A DNA stretch of 62,446 nucleotides, filler included, from Rhabdomonas costata (lineage: Eukaryota), in NCBI GenBank assembly GCA_019059605.1. It is 33 parts of 33 records of this genome, joined end to end, with 100 filler letters (N's around TTAATTAATTAA, not from the genome) between each part and the next. Parts side by side here need not be neighbours in the genome. Positions count along the whole stretch, not along the records: positions 1 to 1,796 come from JAHMHO010008913.1; positions 1,897 to 3,693 come from JAHMHO010008914.1; positions 3,794 to 5,589 come from JAHMHO010008915.1; positions 5,690 to 7,485 come from JAHMHO010008916.1; positions 7,586 to 9,381 come from JAHMHO010008917.1; positions 9,482 to 11,277 come from JAHMHO010008918.1; positions 11,378 to 13,173 come from JAHMHO010008919.1; 26 more parts are not named here. The stretch is one strand, 5' to 3'. Both the position numbers and the translations under genes were made by a program. Below are positions 1 through 12,900 of the stretch, piece after piece (position 1 is the first letter of the stretch; each line of letters begins with the position of its first letter). Below the pieces are notes generated by a model. That model was not told the DNA's origin. It was given only the letters and a program-made list of their open reading frames with translations, and searched no databases.

Positions 1-50
1 TTTTTGGGGTGAAAGATATGGAAATATGACCCTTGGACCCCATGTTGCAG

Positions 51-767
51 GGACTCCCTCGGAGGAAGACCTGGGCGGCCTCTCTGAGGAGTCCCGCGCT
101 CTTATCCGCAAGCACTACTCCGACATCAGGCCCCAGAACCTGGGCCAGACCCTGCGCAAGCTGGACGGCTCGGCGATTCCCGCGCCTGCGCTGGAGCTCG
201 TCCAGCGGATGCTTCAGTTCAACCCCAGCCGGAGGATTGGAGTGAGGGAGGCTCTGCAGCACCCCTTTCTGAGCGAGGATTTCCACGATGCCGATCTTGA
301 GGTATTCGCGGGCGTGTGACAGAGAGACAGAGAGCTCTTTCCGTGGTGCGACGTGACTGTGATGCAGTCTCCAGTTGTTGGCCTCCTTTCCGTCTCCAGT
401 CAATGGTGTCGTTATTGGTGGTGGGTGAGGACGTGGTGGGCAACGACATAACGTTCTCTGGGCAGTCAAAGTCAATTTTTGCTTGCCATCCCCCAGCCGG
501 GTGTTGGATGCTAGGTACCCAGCCGACCTCATTTGTTGTATTGCTGTAATCACACGTCCCTGATTACATAAGCACCTAAAGTGGCACACCGAAGAGTATC
601 CTTAGGATGGTAATGTTCATGGTGTGCTCTTCTAAAAGGTCCGAGTTTCGCCCTTCACTTTTCCTGACGATGTCGACTCCACCGAGAACGGCACCAAGGA
701 AGACCTGGAGCAAATCAATACTCTTATCTTCCAAACCGCCGAGGAAATCCATCGCGTGGCCACGTGA
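51..767 (+). CDS. MAP kinase (CMGC group), last two exons (51-301, 639-767)
   Basis: GTPSEEDL...ALELVQRMLQFNPSRRIGVREALQHPFL matches kinase subdomains X-XI; a GT(302)..AAAG(638) intron joins in frame to a MAPK-like tail VRVSPFTFPDD...LIFQTAEEIHRVAT* ending in TGA. Confidence 0.85.
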
Positions 768-1299
768 AGCACGCCAGACGGAGATTCACCTGATCCATCT
801 CTTCGTGAATGTTTTGATTAGGTGGCCCCTCGCACCGTGACGTGCCGTCCTACCTTTCCTCACTTGTGTCATGTGCCTTCTCTTCCTTGTGCACGGTGGG
901 TTTGCAACGATGCGAGGCGTGCGGAATCGAGCCTGTTTGTGGGGATCCGTTCACTTTGCTCTCTTGTTTCAGACCTCTTTCCTGTATCAGACCAAGCTCC
1001 CTTTGGAATCGCTTGGACAGTTTTATAGGCATAAAAAGGAATTTTTCTTATTGCTTATTTTTGAGGGCTAGTGATCCTGTACTCTTTTAGCAACCATGAT
1101 GTGGCTTCATACACTACCTACGCAATTAACGTTCTTGCGGGAGACAGTTGCTCTCTGGTCTGATAAAGCTGCGGACCGGACCGGACCGTTTTACTGTTAT
1201 TTAAGGAGGTCCCCATCTCTTGTGTGTGTATCCCTGCCCACTGCTTCCAGACCCCACCTGCTGCTCACTTGCTTTGTTTTTATCGCGAGAAACCATACC

Positions 1300-1796
1300 A
1301 TGGTCAGAATCGAGGAGATCCCGTCCGACGAGGAGCAGGAGGCCGTGCCCTTTCGCCGCCGCAAGCCAGTAGCTCGTCCTGTATTCACCCCGAGCCCTCC
1401 GCCGCCCTCTGCCTCTGGTCCCGCCGCCGATCTCTCCTCAGAGAAACCTTCCTGCTCTGCCTGTCCCACTGCCGCTTCGGCTCCGACTCATGCCAGGTTT
1501 ACCGCCCTGTACGACACCTTAGGGGCCTCTTCAACGGACAGCCTGGCTCGAATTGATGAGCACTACAGGGAGTGCTTGACCAGCTACTCCTCGGACGAGA
1601 TCATTGCGGTGGTTCGCGATCCTGCAGCCCCCTCCGAGCCTGAGCGCACCGCGAAGCTGCGGGGAATCATTCGAGCCTACCGAATTCTGTCCGATGCTCA
1701 ACTTCGGGAGAAGTACGACACCACGGGAAGCCAGGTATTACCCGAGGAGGAACTTCCTGCGGAAGCGGTTGCCACCGAGGGTTCTCCACAACCCCC
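1300..1796 (+). CDS. J-domain-like (DnaJ-like) protein lacking HPD, 3' partial
   Basis: LYDTLG (helix I), IDEHYR (helix II) and AYRILSDAQLREKYD (helices III/IV); ATG at 1300 follows a pyrimidine tract and an AG. Confidence 0.7.
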
Positions 1797-1896
1797 NNNN
1801 NNNNNNNNNNNNNNNNNNNNNNNNNNNNNNNNNNNNNNNNTTAATTAATTAANNNNNNNNNNNNNNNNNNNNNNNNNNNNNNNNNNNNNNNNNNNN
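1797..1896. other. Artificial contig spacer (first of 32; recurs about every 1895 nt)
   Basis: N-run + TTAATTAATTAA (stops in all six frames) + N-run, repeated identically through the window; contigs are nearly equal in length, suggesting a length-sorted concatenation. Confidence 0.99.
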
Positions 1897-2042
1897 ACAA
1901 ACCGAACCAAAGGAGACGCAAAGACTCCTTCCTCGTGTTGCTGGGATGGCATCCCGCGCGTGCCTCTCCCTGTGTGCTGCTCCTTGCTCTTCGGCGTGCA
2001 GTCCGTCCTTTCTCAAGCCCTCCCACACTCCGCCCACGCAAC

Positions 2043-3529
2043 ATGGCAGCTCGAGGGTTGCGCTTCGTGAGCCTTGGGCTGGTTGCTGCGCTACTGCTGG
2101 GAACCAAGTCGGAGGCCCAGGTCGTCCCTGAAGGTCCCTGCGTCGCACCGTGCCTCTCACAGCTTTCCACGAAGACATTGCTTACAAGAAACCATCGAGA
2201 AGGCACTCTCTCGCTCGCGTGTCACACGTTTGTGTACGTTTTTCAATGCGGCGAAAGCTCATTACTTGTCCGTTTGGGTACCTCTCCTATCTTCTCGAGA
2301 AAACTGGCATGCACAGTTGCTCCTGCGTTCCTGGAGGAACCAAACTTCCAAAACAACACAGCAGAAAGGAAAAAGAGTAACCTTTCGGAACCTTTTATCT
2401 CGCACTCCCTGCGAAGAAATCCCCTAAAACGGGGCCGAGCAAACCTGAATGAAACACTGGCATGCACAGTTGAGGAGTGGGTGGCGCCCGTATAACGGAC
2501 ATCGCGTGGGCTTTTTCCTTTCCAATTGTAGCGCTTGCGCGAGATACACGCCACCTAAGTTTCCATTAGAAACTTTGCAGGGGGTTAGGAAAGCCAGACA
2601 CTTGTCCCGAGGCGTTAGACGGGTATTAGACGTCTACCACCGTTCGAGGCTTGCAGGGGTGTTAGGAAACCGAGACCTTGGCTTTAGCTTTGCGGTTGAC
2701 TCTCCTCTCACAGGCATTCCCTGTTTCCCGGACGAGGCGTCCTGCAATGCCAGCGCCGGGGGCTGTTGGTATCGCGGGGAGCGGTTTCCGTGTGTACCCT
2801 GTCCCCCTGCAGTGGGACGCGGGTGGACGTGCCCGATTCTCCAGGAGCCGCCCTCCGCCGCAGTAGCGAAAGCTGCGCCTCAAGGTGCGGCTCAAGGTGC
2901 TACTCTGGCTTTACTGCTTGCACATGGCTGTTAGCATTTAGCTAAGCGCAAAGAAAAAAGGACCTTTGGAAAAGCACGCTCTGGCGCACAGTCGTGAAAC
3001 GAACAGAAAGGTTTCCCTTTGCTGATAATTCCTTGCGTTGTCCTGTCACAGTCTCTTACACGCTTACACTCCTACACTTTTCGCTTCGTGTCTCTCATCA
3101 TGACGCAAGCGATAGTGCCGCCGCCCTCCAAAAACAGAGAGAAAAAGAAAGAGAGAGTGGAGGTGGGGTCTCTTGGTCCCTTCTGCTGCAGGCGATCTGC
3201 CAATCTGTTTGCCGAGCCAAGAGATGTGCGACCTGGCCTGCAACGAATTCTTCCACAAGGATTGCGTCTCTTGCCCAGAACAAGGTCTGCCCGCCCTGCT
3301 CCCTGGCGTCTCCACACCTCCCCCCGTCAGTAACGTTTCTCTCTCTGCCTTTCGTGCCGAAGATCAGAAAGAAAAAATCAACGGCGGAGAGGGGGAGGGC
3401 AGAGGGCAGAGTTGGTGTTTGCTAGGCACTGTCGCATCTCTTTCGCAGCTGGCTGGTGGAGCTGCCCGGCATTCCCGACTGCACCACCGGCCGCGGTCGA
3501 GGCGAAGGCTGCTCCTGCTGCGCCGCAAG
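2043..3529 (+). CDS. Secreted protein with tandem six-cysteine modules; exons 2043-2133, 2714-2884, 3192-3284, 3449-3529; 3' partial
   Basis: Signal-peptide-like exon (MAARGLRFVSLGLVAALLLGTKSEAQ); all introns are GT-AG and phase 1; internal exons are 171, 93 and 81 nt; the spliced product has two alignable modules. Confidence 0.8.
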
Positions 3530-4052
3530 GTGCCCCCTGCCTCCCTTCCTGTTCTCCAACTTGGTGGTGTGGTTTGGCAACCAGGGAGTGACCTGACCCG
3601 CAGCGTTGCGGGGGCATGGGCACGTCGAGGGTGGAGGCTGTGGAAGCGTAAGCCATGCGCACGTTTCTTTCGTCCAAGGCTTTCTACCAGGAANNNNNNN
3701 NNNNNNNNNNNNNNNNNNNNNNNNNNNNNNNNNNNNNTTAATTAATTAANNNNNNNNNNNNNNNNNNNNNNNNNNNNNNNNNNNNNNNNNNNNGGTTTTG
3801 TTTTATTTTGCTCTATTTTGTTGTGGTCTTCCCCTGGCACCACTGTCATCCTAGCTGAGCGCGGGCTACTCAAGCGCAGATGAGTGCGAAAAGATCCAGC
3901 ACTCCTCCAGTTTTCATGAGAGTGCCTACGTGGCGGAACGCATGCATTTTTCTTTCGTTCACTGCAAACAAGCACGCTACACAAGACTCAGTATTTAAAC
4001 AGGAATGCCGCCAGCCCTTCTGAGCGATAATACCCAGCGATTCTGTGGCAGG

Positions 4053-5334
4053 CTATGCTCCCTGCTCCTCAGGCAGCATGAACAGCCTAAGGTGCTCGAG
4101 CTCGGCGTCAGATAAAGTGCCGCAAAGCACAAGGCTGTGCAGGGGCCCGCCAAAGTCCACTCCTGCAAGGGCACTGAGGGGCCCCGCGACGACCTTCGCG
4201 GAGGGACTTCCCAGCCGAGCCAGGCCGACGGCAAGAGTGGTGGGGAGGTAAGCCCCCTCACCCTGCGAGGCCTCCACCTCAAGAAGCTGGGCGACGGCCT
4301 CGGCGATGGTCATGAAGCGAGGGGGCGGGGCAGCCACAGGGCTGGGATCGTCAAAGATGGAGCGGTTGGTGGGCCTCGCCAGCTGCTCGTCAGTGAGCTC
4401 CTGAAAAGTGGAAATCATAAAGTAAATTAAACCACGGAGAGACATTTTGCATTCTGTGCGATCAATCACTTCCGACACCACAGCGCCCTCCGACTCACCA
4501 CCTGCACACCAACTCACACAACTTCCGACGACGAGCCTCCGACCCTGAAGCCAAAACCAGCTAACAAGCAACTCAGCTTTCTCGCACAGGCATACACTTT
4601 GAGCACTTGGCAAGGATCACTTATTTCAGGGGAGGACAGAGCTCCAATCCCCCCAGAGAAAACGTATAACCATCTATGGGGCAAAAAGACACACACACAA
4701 CAGCGTTCCAATCACGATGACCAAAGACAATAAATTTAATGACGCGATGACAAGGAACCCTCCCTTGTGTCAAGTCGGGGGTCGGGACACATTGTCAAGT
4801 CGGCGGTGTGGAGAGGGGCGGTCAACCCTAATAGTTCAGGTTGTTTTCATTTTCTGAAAACGCTGGATGCTTGCACGAGAGAATTTTCACCTGGCCTGAT
4901 TCAAAGCACTCTAGGACAACCTTGCGAAAAAAGTAGTGAAGGCGCCGACAGAAACAAAAGGAGAACGCCGAACTTGACCTTTATCTTGATGTCCAGCAGA
5001 CAAAGGGTATGGAGCCCGGCCTGGCGGTTGCGGGCCAGCTTGGGGTACCAGCTGCTGGGGCGGAAGCTGGCCGTCCACAGGCACAGGCTGATAGCCTCCC
5101 CAAATCGGTACAGCTGCAGCCCGCACACCCCCACGGCGGTCAGAACAGAGCTATTGTGCACCACAGTGGGCATCGGCAGCCCTCGCTGGTGGCAGCGCAC
5201 CACAAGGTCGCTATGAGTGGTTGCGGCAAAGGGGTCTCCGACCACCAGAAGGGCGACGGGGGGCTGTTTCTGGGCAAGGTCCACGATCTTGCCCCCCTCC
5301 ACAAACTCGCGGTCTGCCACATGCACTGTGACCC
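4053..5334 (-). CDS. DPH5: Diphthine methyl ester synthase, last two exons (5334-4979, 4400-4053)
   Basis: ADREFVE, VALLVVGDPFAATTHSDL, HNSSVLTAVGVCGLQLYRFG, GLHTLCLLDIK, PPRFMT and DFGGPLHSL motifs; GT-AG intron in phase 0. Confidence 0.95.
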
Positions 5335-5689
5335 CTGGAGGGGAGAGTGCAACAACAAAGAACGGGAATACACTCAAACACTAACCAGAGGCAGGAAAAA
5401 AGGAACACGAAATCCTTCGAGAAAATCTTGTCTCCGACGATTTTTTCGCCACAATAAAATCGGACAAGGGCGAAACTTTAGCGCAGACCCACACACAGCC
5501 TAAACCAGGGGGAGCCCTGAAATCTGACTCCCAAGTCGATTTTGCATTTCCCCGCTGGACACCAAAACTTTAATTTCCATCGGTTGGTCNNNNNNNNNNN
5601 NNNNNNNNNNNNNNNNNNNNNNNNNNNNNNNNNTTAATTAATTAANNNNNNNNNNNNNNNNNNNNNNNNNNNNNNNNNNNNNNNNNNNN

Positions 5690-6225
5690 GGGTTTGTGGC
5701 TACCCGTCAGAGCATGAACGTCCTCCTCCTCAGGGTAGCCACAAGCCGGGTGCTGAAGAACTCAGCATGTTTTTGAAGAGCCGCAACCGGGTGGCAAGAG
5801 CACCGGCACGTGCACGGGCAGTCCACTTCAAAACGGATGGAGGAGCCGTGTAGATGAACTGACCGCCAACCACGGTGGGTGAGCGAAGGACATAACAGGA
5901 GGCAGGCCAATCAATGTCCACCCGAGTGGGATAAAGTAGCCGAAGCCAGTCCCGACGCTTGGTGCCTGTAGAGAGCATCGAGAGTAGAGAACATCGAGGC
6001 CACGGCACCAGCTGGATCGCGAATCCAAACGCCTCGGGCATCACGAATCTGTACGGCATCCTCGAAGGAGGGGTCCGACGTGTAGGTCATTGTGGCGACC
6101 TTCGCCGCCTCTTTTGCCAGAGCGTCGGCCTGCTCATTCCCCAACGTCTTGATGTTAGAGTTCCTGCGCCCACTTCATCGTGCGCCTTGACCTTCTCCAG
6201 GATGGGTGATAGGGGGCAATCCTTC
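5690..6225 (-). mobile_element. Degenerate non-LTR retrotransposon fragment (RNase H C-terminus and downstream region)
   Basis: LEKVKAH (about 6200-6180), then after a frameshift GNEQADALAKEAA: the C-terminal RNase HI motif; further frameshifts downstream. Confidence 0.65.
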
Positions 6226-6911
6226 CAATGAGAAAGGCAACCATCCCTGCGGCACCCATATCATTAATGCTGATATACAAGGAAGCGAGCTTGGGAAAGG
6301 CACGGGATCTGGCAAACGCCTGCATTCCTGCAGCCCCGATCTCGTTGCTGCCTGAATCCAATGAGGTGAGATTGGAAAAGACAGGTGACCCCGCAAGTGC
6401 TTGCATTCCAGCATCCAAAATTATCCAAAACTTACCTTCATAGTTTTGGATAATTTTGGATGCTGGAATGCAAGCACTTGCGGCGTCCAAAATTATCCAA
6501 AACTATGAAGGTAAGTTTTGGGAAGAAAGAGACTGTTGACAGTGCCACAGTTCCTCCTGCCCCGATCTGGTTACTGTTCACACTCAGAGAAGTCAAGTTG
6601 GGGAATAGAGATGCGGACTTTGCACCTCTTTCAGAAGCAATTTCAAGCAAATGGTCCAGTAGCCTTTTGCTTTTGATCGTAACCTCCAGAGCAGAGCAAC
6701 CTAACCAGATGCTCCCGAGCAAGGTTTCGTTTTGGCGAGGTCCTTGAGAGTCAGGGAGGTCAGGGAGGTCGAGCGCAACCTTCCACTCTGGGGCGAGAAA
6801 CTCATCCACCATGGCTCGAAACTGCTGGCACACCAGCCGCAGAGCTACCTGTAGCCTTTGCTGCAGGAACCGAAAGCTGCAAAGCACTGTGTCCACAGGA
6901 AGTTCGGACAT
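6226..6911 (-). pseudogene. F-box plus RNI-like leucine-rich repeat gene, disrupted
   Basis: N-terminal F-box-like MSELPVDTVLCSFRFL..LRLVCQQFR; repeats of FPxLTSLxxxxNxIGAxGxxAL; broken by an inverted duplication, a frameshift and the retroelement junction. Confidence 0.75.
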
Positions 6912-9900
6912 TATGGGCTTGAAATATTGTACGCGCGTTCCTTCAGCGAGAGAATGGAACTGAGAATGCTGTGACGGAAAAAAATTGCTTTAGCCATCAG
7001 TGAACCAATTAGTCCAGGGAAGGTAGAGGTTTCGGCAGTCCTCTGGTACTGTGCAGCTTTCTGGCGTGAATTTCAAATTGTTATTTGTTGGCAAGGTCTT
7101 GCAAACTTCTTGACAAGCTGTATTTATACCTAGAGCTGTTTCCCCACCTTGTCACATTCTGTTTTTTACGCTTAAGACAAACCCTACCGTTTTGCCACAA
7201 CAATTATTGTTGGCGGTTCCGCAGATCCAGGCTTCACAGCAGCCTGAAGCCACTTGCCATGCAGTCCCAGAAGGCCACTTCGAAGCTGGACCTCGAGTCC
7301 AAATTTACCGCGCTCAGTTTGAATATGGCCACACCAGCACCAATTGCTCTTCCCCGACGTTCTCCGGGGCTTCACTCGAGCTCCTACTGCGCCACTCACT
7401 TCTCTCATCAGGAGCGACCCAGGCAGCAAAATCTTCCCACCGACATCTCCCGTCTACCCAGCCAAGAGTTGCCATCCCAACAACCNNNNNNNNNNNNNNN
7501 NNNNNNNNNNNNNNNNNNNNNNNNNNNNNTTAATTAATTAANNNNNNNNNNNNNNNNNNNNNNNNNNNNNNNNNNNNNNNNNNNNGTGTGGGGGGGGCGC
7601 GTTTAAACGGTAACACAGCGCGAGGTGCTCGCAGGTCGGCGACGCGATGTACTCCTCACCTGGGAAGAAAAGAGTGAGAACCGTTTTTCTTCGATATGAG
7701 AAAGGATTTAGATGGCATCAAGACAGCATAAAGGTGGGCCTCACCCAAAGTCGGCGGGTTGACTTCTTCCAGCCGGCTGGGTGTTGTGCATATGTCCACT
7801 GTCCACTACTCAGGCAACGGAGAACTGGAGTTCGGGAGTACCCCAATCGCGCGCAACCCACACATGGACTCAAAAAGCACAAAAAAAAACGTACAAAATA
7901 AAAACAACCCAAGGAAAAAAGAGGTGACGGCAGATGGCAAGGAGCACCCTCATATAAACTTTGTTCTCGGGTCTTGCACCAGACGAACAGAATGCACGGG
8001 GTGATGCAGCGTGCGCCAAATGGGAGAAAGTCTGCTTATTTTATGACAGGATACACCGTAAACCACGGTACAACACAGGATGCCGCGATGGACCAACGGC
8101 CATCCCCATCAATGTTTAAAGAGAGATTAAACCAATGAGAGCGGACGGATCCCAATGGATTACCCTCAAACCTGTACCACTGGGGAGAACCCACAGCACC
8201 ACGTGCGTGCGTGCGTTTGCGGCAGCCAAGTAACGGCAACAGCAGCGCAAACCGTTGATGTGCAGCTCCACCCTCCGCGGGCCCACGCGGACCCGCAGCT
8301 CCGCCCCACCCGCGGTGAGGTTACCCAGCATCTCTGGAGTCCTCCGTGACAGGCACAGCACCAGCAGCACGTGGTGCGCCGTCACGGCGCCGCCCCTGCC
8401 GCCACCACTCCCTCCGCACAGCGAGAGCTCAGAGAGGGCCTCGGCTTCCCCTTCCGCCCAACTCGGCGCGGTCAAGGGAAGGGGCTCCACCGTGAAGGCC
8501 AGTCCTCCCTCGCCACGTGTCGCGCCTTGGCTCCGGCCTTCCATTTTGATTTCTTGGAGACACTAGCCGAACTAGCGGGAAAGGCACTGACCCGTGCGGA
8601 CACGCTGTCTTTTCGATCAACAGAGAGAGGTCGCACGTGGGCGAACGAGTCAAGGGGTCCGGAGAGCTCTCAGCAAAGCAACAGGGCATAAAGGCAGGGG
8701 AAGAAGGAAGAATTGGGTCTATTAGAAGAAAAAACTGAATACATACTAGGACTCATGCATTTCCTGGGGCCTCACATTACCTCGCAAACCTTACGTGCGT
8801 TGGACAGTGAAAAGCGAGGAACCAAAGTTTCAGCACTTCCCGTGTTGGGTCAAATCAAATGGCTATCAGGAAAAGGGAGGGAGGCGAGCATCCGGCACGC
8901 ACCACCCCACCGATTCGAGAACCTAACCCGCCACATTCTGTAAACGGAATTTTGTGTGGAATTTTGTCACTGAGGATGCTCGCCGACAACCGCAACAGCG
9001 CAGGGGACGGGGTTGGTCTCAAAATGGTACAGAGCCAAAGCAGTACAGCTGCGGGGCGGTTGTTCAGCGGAAGGGCAGCGAGGGGGGGCGACGGCGCCAG
9101 CAGCAAAACCACGGGCCACCCCAGCAAATCGTCTGTAGGAAAAAACGGGAGAGGGGGGAACGGAAGGTGAAAGAGAGCTCTATTCGGGAGGAGTGCAAGA
9201 GACCCTCCGCGGGGGATGGAAGGGTCGGGTGCAGTTCCATAGCATGACCGGGCATCACAAAAACCAACGAAAGCACCCGCGGGCGTCGAGAATAATACAC
9301 GGGAAAGAGGAGGCACTTGACCGACGAATCAAGTGCACATCGCTGCACAAAAAAACGAGAGAAAAAAGCCTACAAAACACANNNNNNNNNNNNNNNNNNN
9401 NNNNNNNNNNNNNNNNNNNNNNNNNTTAATTAATTAANNNNNNNNNNNNNNNNNNNNNNNNNNNNNNNNNNNNNNNNNNNNTTGGTTCCAATACAGGGAA
9501 CGTCAGACCGAGAGCCACTGTACGTTCCGGAAACAAGAAGTGGAGGTTCGGGTCGAGGCGGCTGAGGGACAACACCGCACGCCCCGAAGCATAGGTCAGG
9601 AAAAGAGGCAAAAGCCGCCTGAAGATGATTGTTCACTGGGGGGACGCTCCCATCCGCCGAGTCACACAGGAAGGGAAGCGCGAGTGTCCATCGCACATTC
9701 TGCGCAGTTGTCTGGATGCAGGAAAAGGTGTCCACCTGCTGAGAACTGCGCCATTCTGAATGCAGCTTCACCCAGAAGGTCCGCCTGCTCCTCGTTCGGA
9801 CATGGGAAACCGTCATTGGGGCGACTCTACGCGAGGAGAACGAGGAAAGCCATCGAGTAAACTCTGGGTGGGTACTCATCTGCTGCGAGATGAAAACGCT

Positions 9901-12900
9901 CGATGATGAGGCTACTGGAACGGTGGGAATAGGGCAGAGGCAACTTGTCCGGGGGAGGTAGCACGTTGCCAGGGGGATTAGAGGCGGCAGAAAAATCGCG
10001 ACCGTGGCAGCACGCGGCTGGCCCACCAGACAGCGGCAAACGCGCCCTGGGGAACCACCCGAGGAGATAGCAACTGGATTTCATTCGTTTCAACGAAGCA
10101 AGTCAAGCCTGCTGAGTTTCGGTTACTCCTCCGACTGCCCCCAGAAGAGGGGGAGGAGGGTTCACTCATTAGGGTGAAAGGTCGGGAAGCGCGAAAAGAG
10201 GAAGGTGCGCGAAGAAGGAGCGATGCTCTCACCCACCTCCGCGGGTCAACAAAAAAACGAGAAAAAAATTCACAGCCCAGTGCTACGGAGAGCAGACGAA
10301 TGGCACCCTAGTGAATCGCAGACCCAAGAATCAGATAGAGTCAAAAGTAGCCTCTTCGCTATTAAGCTATTTTTAATTCAGAAAATCTTCAGAGGGAGAG
10401 TTCTAAGATTAAAATTTGCATGTTTCATTTTGGGTGTCCCCGAAACAAACCCTACAAGATATACAAACTTGGTTCAGGGTGTCTGGGAGAACAAACTGGG
10501 TTCCGGAGCTGCCATTGACCGATACATATTTTCACTGGCGTGTGCTGCCACTACTGTGAAGGGTGCATGCTTTGGGCCTTGCACGGATTTCACGCAAGTG
10601 TCACAGGTCCCCCTGACTAACCACCACCACTACGACCACCACCACCACCACACGTGTATGTAATTTTTGTTTATGCTGTTGGCGAAAAGCATCATAAATA
10701 CAAATGGTGTCTGACATCCCAAAAACAACTCGCTCTTCCCAGCACTTCTCCCAAGAATCAGGTGATTACAACATCCAAACGTCAGCTGCATCACCCAACG
10801 GAAAGGCTTTCACAGAACAGGCTAAATCACGTGGTCCTTTGCGCCGCGTTCTTCCAACCTGTGCTTTATTGTCCGAAGATAGTGCCCACGAAGCCCGTAG
10901 CAGTGCCATGCTAGCAGCATCAGGACACACAAAACCACGGGCACAAGAAGCAGTAGTCGTAGGACAACCTGAAACAAGGAAATCCGCACAAAATCGGGAA
11001 CAGCCTCCTGATCCAGCACATTCCCTTCAATCCGCGTCACTCCCCGAATCGCGTTTCAAGCAAGATACTGGTTCATGCAACAAAAAAGCTCTTCATTCAG
11101 TCACACCCACTACGAATCACGAAGCTGGCAGCTGTTTTCCTCGGGCCCCCCGGACTGGCACCAACATGAGCAGAAAGACAGAAGCATCCTCCTTTTCCTC
11201 TTCTTCTTCTGCTTCATCTTCCCCTTTCTTTGGCAGAGTGCGACGCTGGTCAAAGACGGAACCGTACCCACCCCCTCNNNNNNNNNNNNNNNNNNNNNNN
11301 NNNNNNNNNNNNNNNNNNNNNTTAATTAATTAANNNNNNNNNNNNNNNNNNNNNNNNNNNNNNNNNNNNNNNNNNNNCATGTCTACAAGAGGTAAAGTTG
11401 GATAGAAACCGACACGCACTGTAATTAGCGTGATGTAAAAATGACACGGAAGTCTGAAGTTTCAACTCATACATCACTCTCCTTACAAATATCTGCGTTT
11501 GTGAGACCACATCAGGATTGCCATCCGGATTCCATGCCGCGTTAAGTACGATGATAGTCACGTTGGGAAACACAATATCGCTGTTTTGTGATTTGCAACC
11601 AGCAAATGTGGGAATTATATTGAAGGCTTTAGAGTCGCAGGCAGACGTTCAAAGCGTAGACAACGGTTCACGTCAAGGTAGCCTTCCGAAGACATCGAGT
11701 TGCGATATTCAGTAGTTCCACACGGTTGGCGTCTTGTCTTCTTTACGTGCATTCATGAGTGAAAATGTGGAAGTGAATACTGATAGTAGTTGGTGTTATA
11801 GATGTCACGTTGACCAGAAATCAAAAGAATTGTTTCTTTTTGACTATGCTACAATCTTTTTCCCAACAACAAAACCTAGCGCAAAACCCACATTATATAC
11901 AATTCTTTACAGGCGCTTCCAAAAGTGTAGAAGATGCTGGAAGTGATACACACAATCCACCAGCTCCAAACAATTTTCATACCATCCATGCCATTTTGCA
12001 CTTGAGTGCCTCAGACTGTTTATTAGCACCTCATGGCAGAAATAGTGGGCAATGGGACGACTCTCACCTTTTACACATACGTCCATGTTGCTCTGCACAA
12101 TTCCTGTTTTACACTGCTGTTTTTCACTGCTGTTTTACAGAGTTATAGTGACACCCATTCCTGTCGCGCTGGCAGCACCCTCCTTCACCATTATTCGCCA
12201 TCGGTGAGTGGAGACGTATGGAAATTCAGATTGTGCTCATGGAGATTGCATATAAAACAGCAATGCCGCAGTATTGAAATGCTTTTGTGATCGCTTGCGA
12301 CGGCTCATTCGATTCAGCGCAGAGCTCAAACGACTAAATTCCGGAAGCGAGATCCTCGAAATACCAGCCGCCGTGTGACAATTACACCAGCAGAGTTTCC
12401 GAGTTTCCACAGAAACACCACCGATGTTCAAGGCTACAAACCGGTTACTTAAACCACAGTATCTTTCGCATCAAGTTGCAAAACTCCAGAACAAACTGTT
12501 TCAAAGTCAAATCACCTTCGCCAGGGGTTTGGCCACTACTACTCAAGATGAAAGGTTTGGTGATGCCGCCGTTCAATTGTGTCGCAGAACAAGTGTTGCG
12601 GCAGGCTACGTCCTAATAAGTGCTACCATGTTCGCCCCTGAAGGAGATAAAGCGGTATTGCTTGGAGACATCGCCATTGAGGTACCTTCCAGCACCTATT
12701 TTCATACAGCCCCTCGTGGAGGCTTTGCCGAAACGCCATGGAACTGGAGTTTTCGATGGTCTATCCTGGTAATTTCGGTGTTGTTTTCTTTAAGCTTTCC
12801 CACAAGGACCGTAGCGTTGCTATAAGAGATAATGGCTCACAGATACCACCCGAGAAGATAGCAACACCTGAATTGGTTGAGCAAGGCGGGCGGATTGGAA

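Noticed and set aside
1841-1852. TTAATTAATTAA recurring about every 1.9 kb, superficially like a regular array or CRISPR
   Set aside because: Always embedded in N-runs; it is a synthetic six-frame-stop linker.
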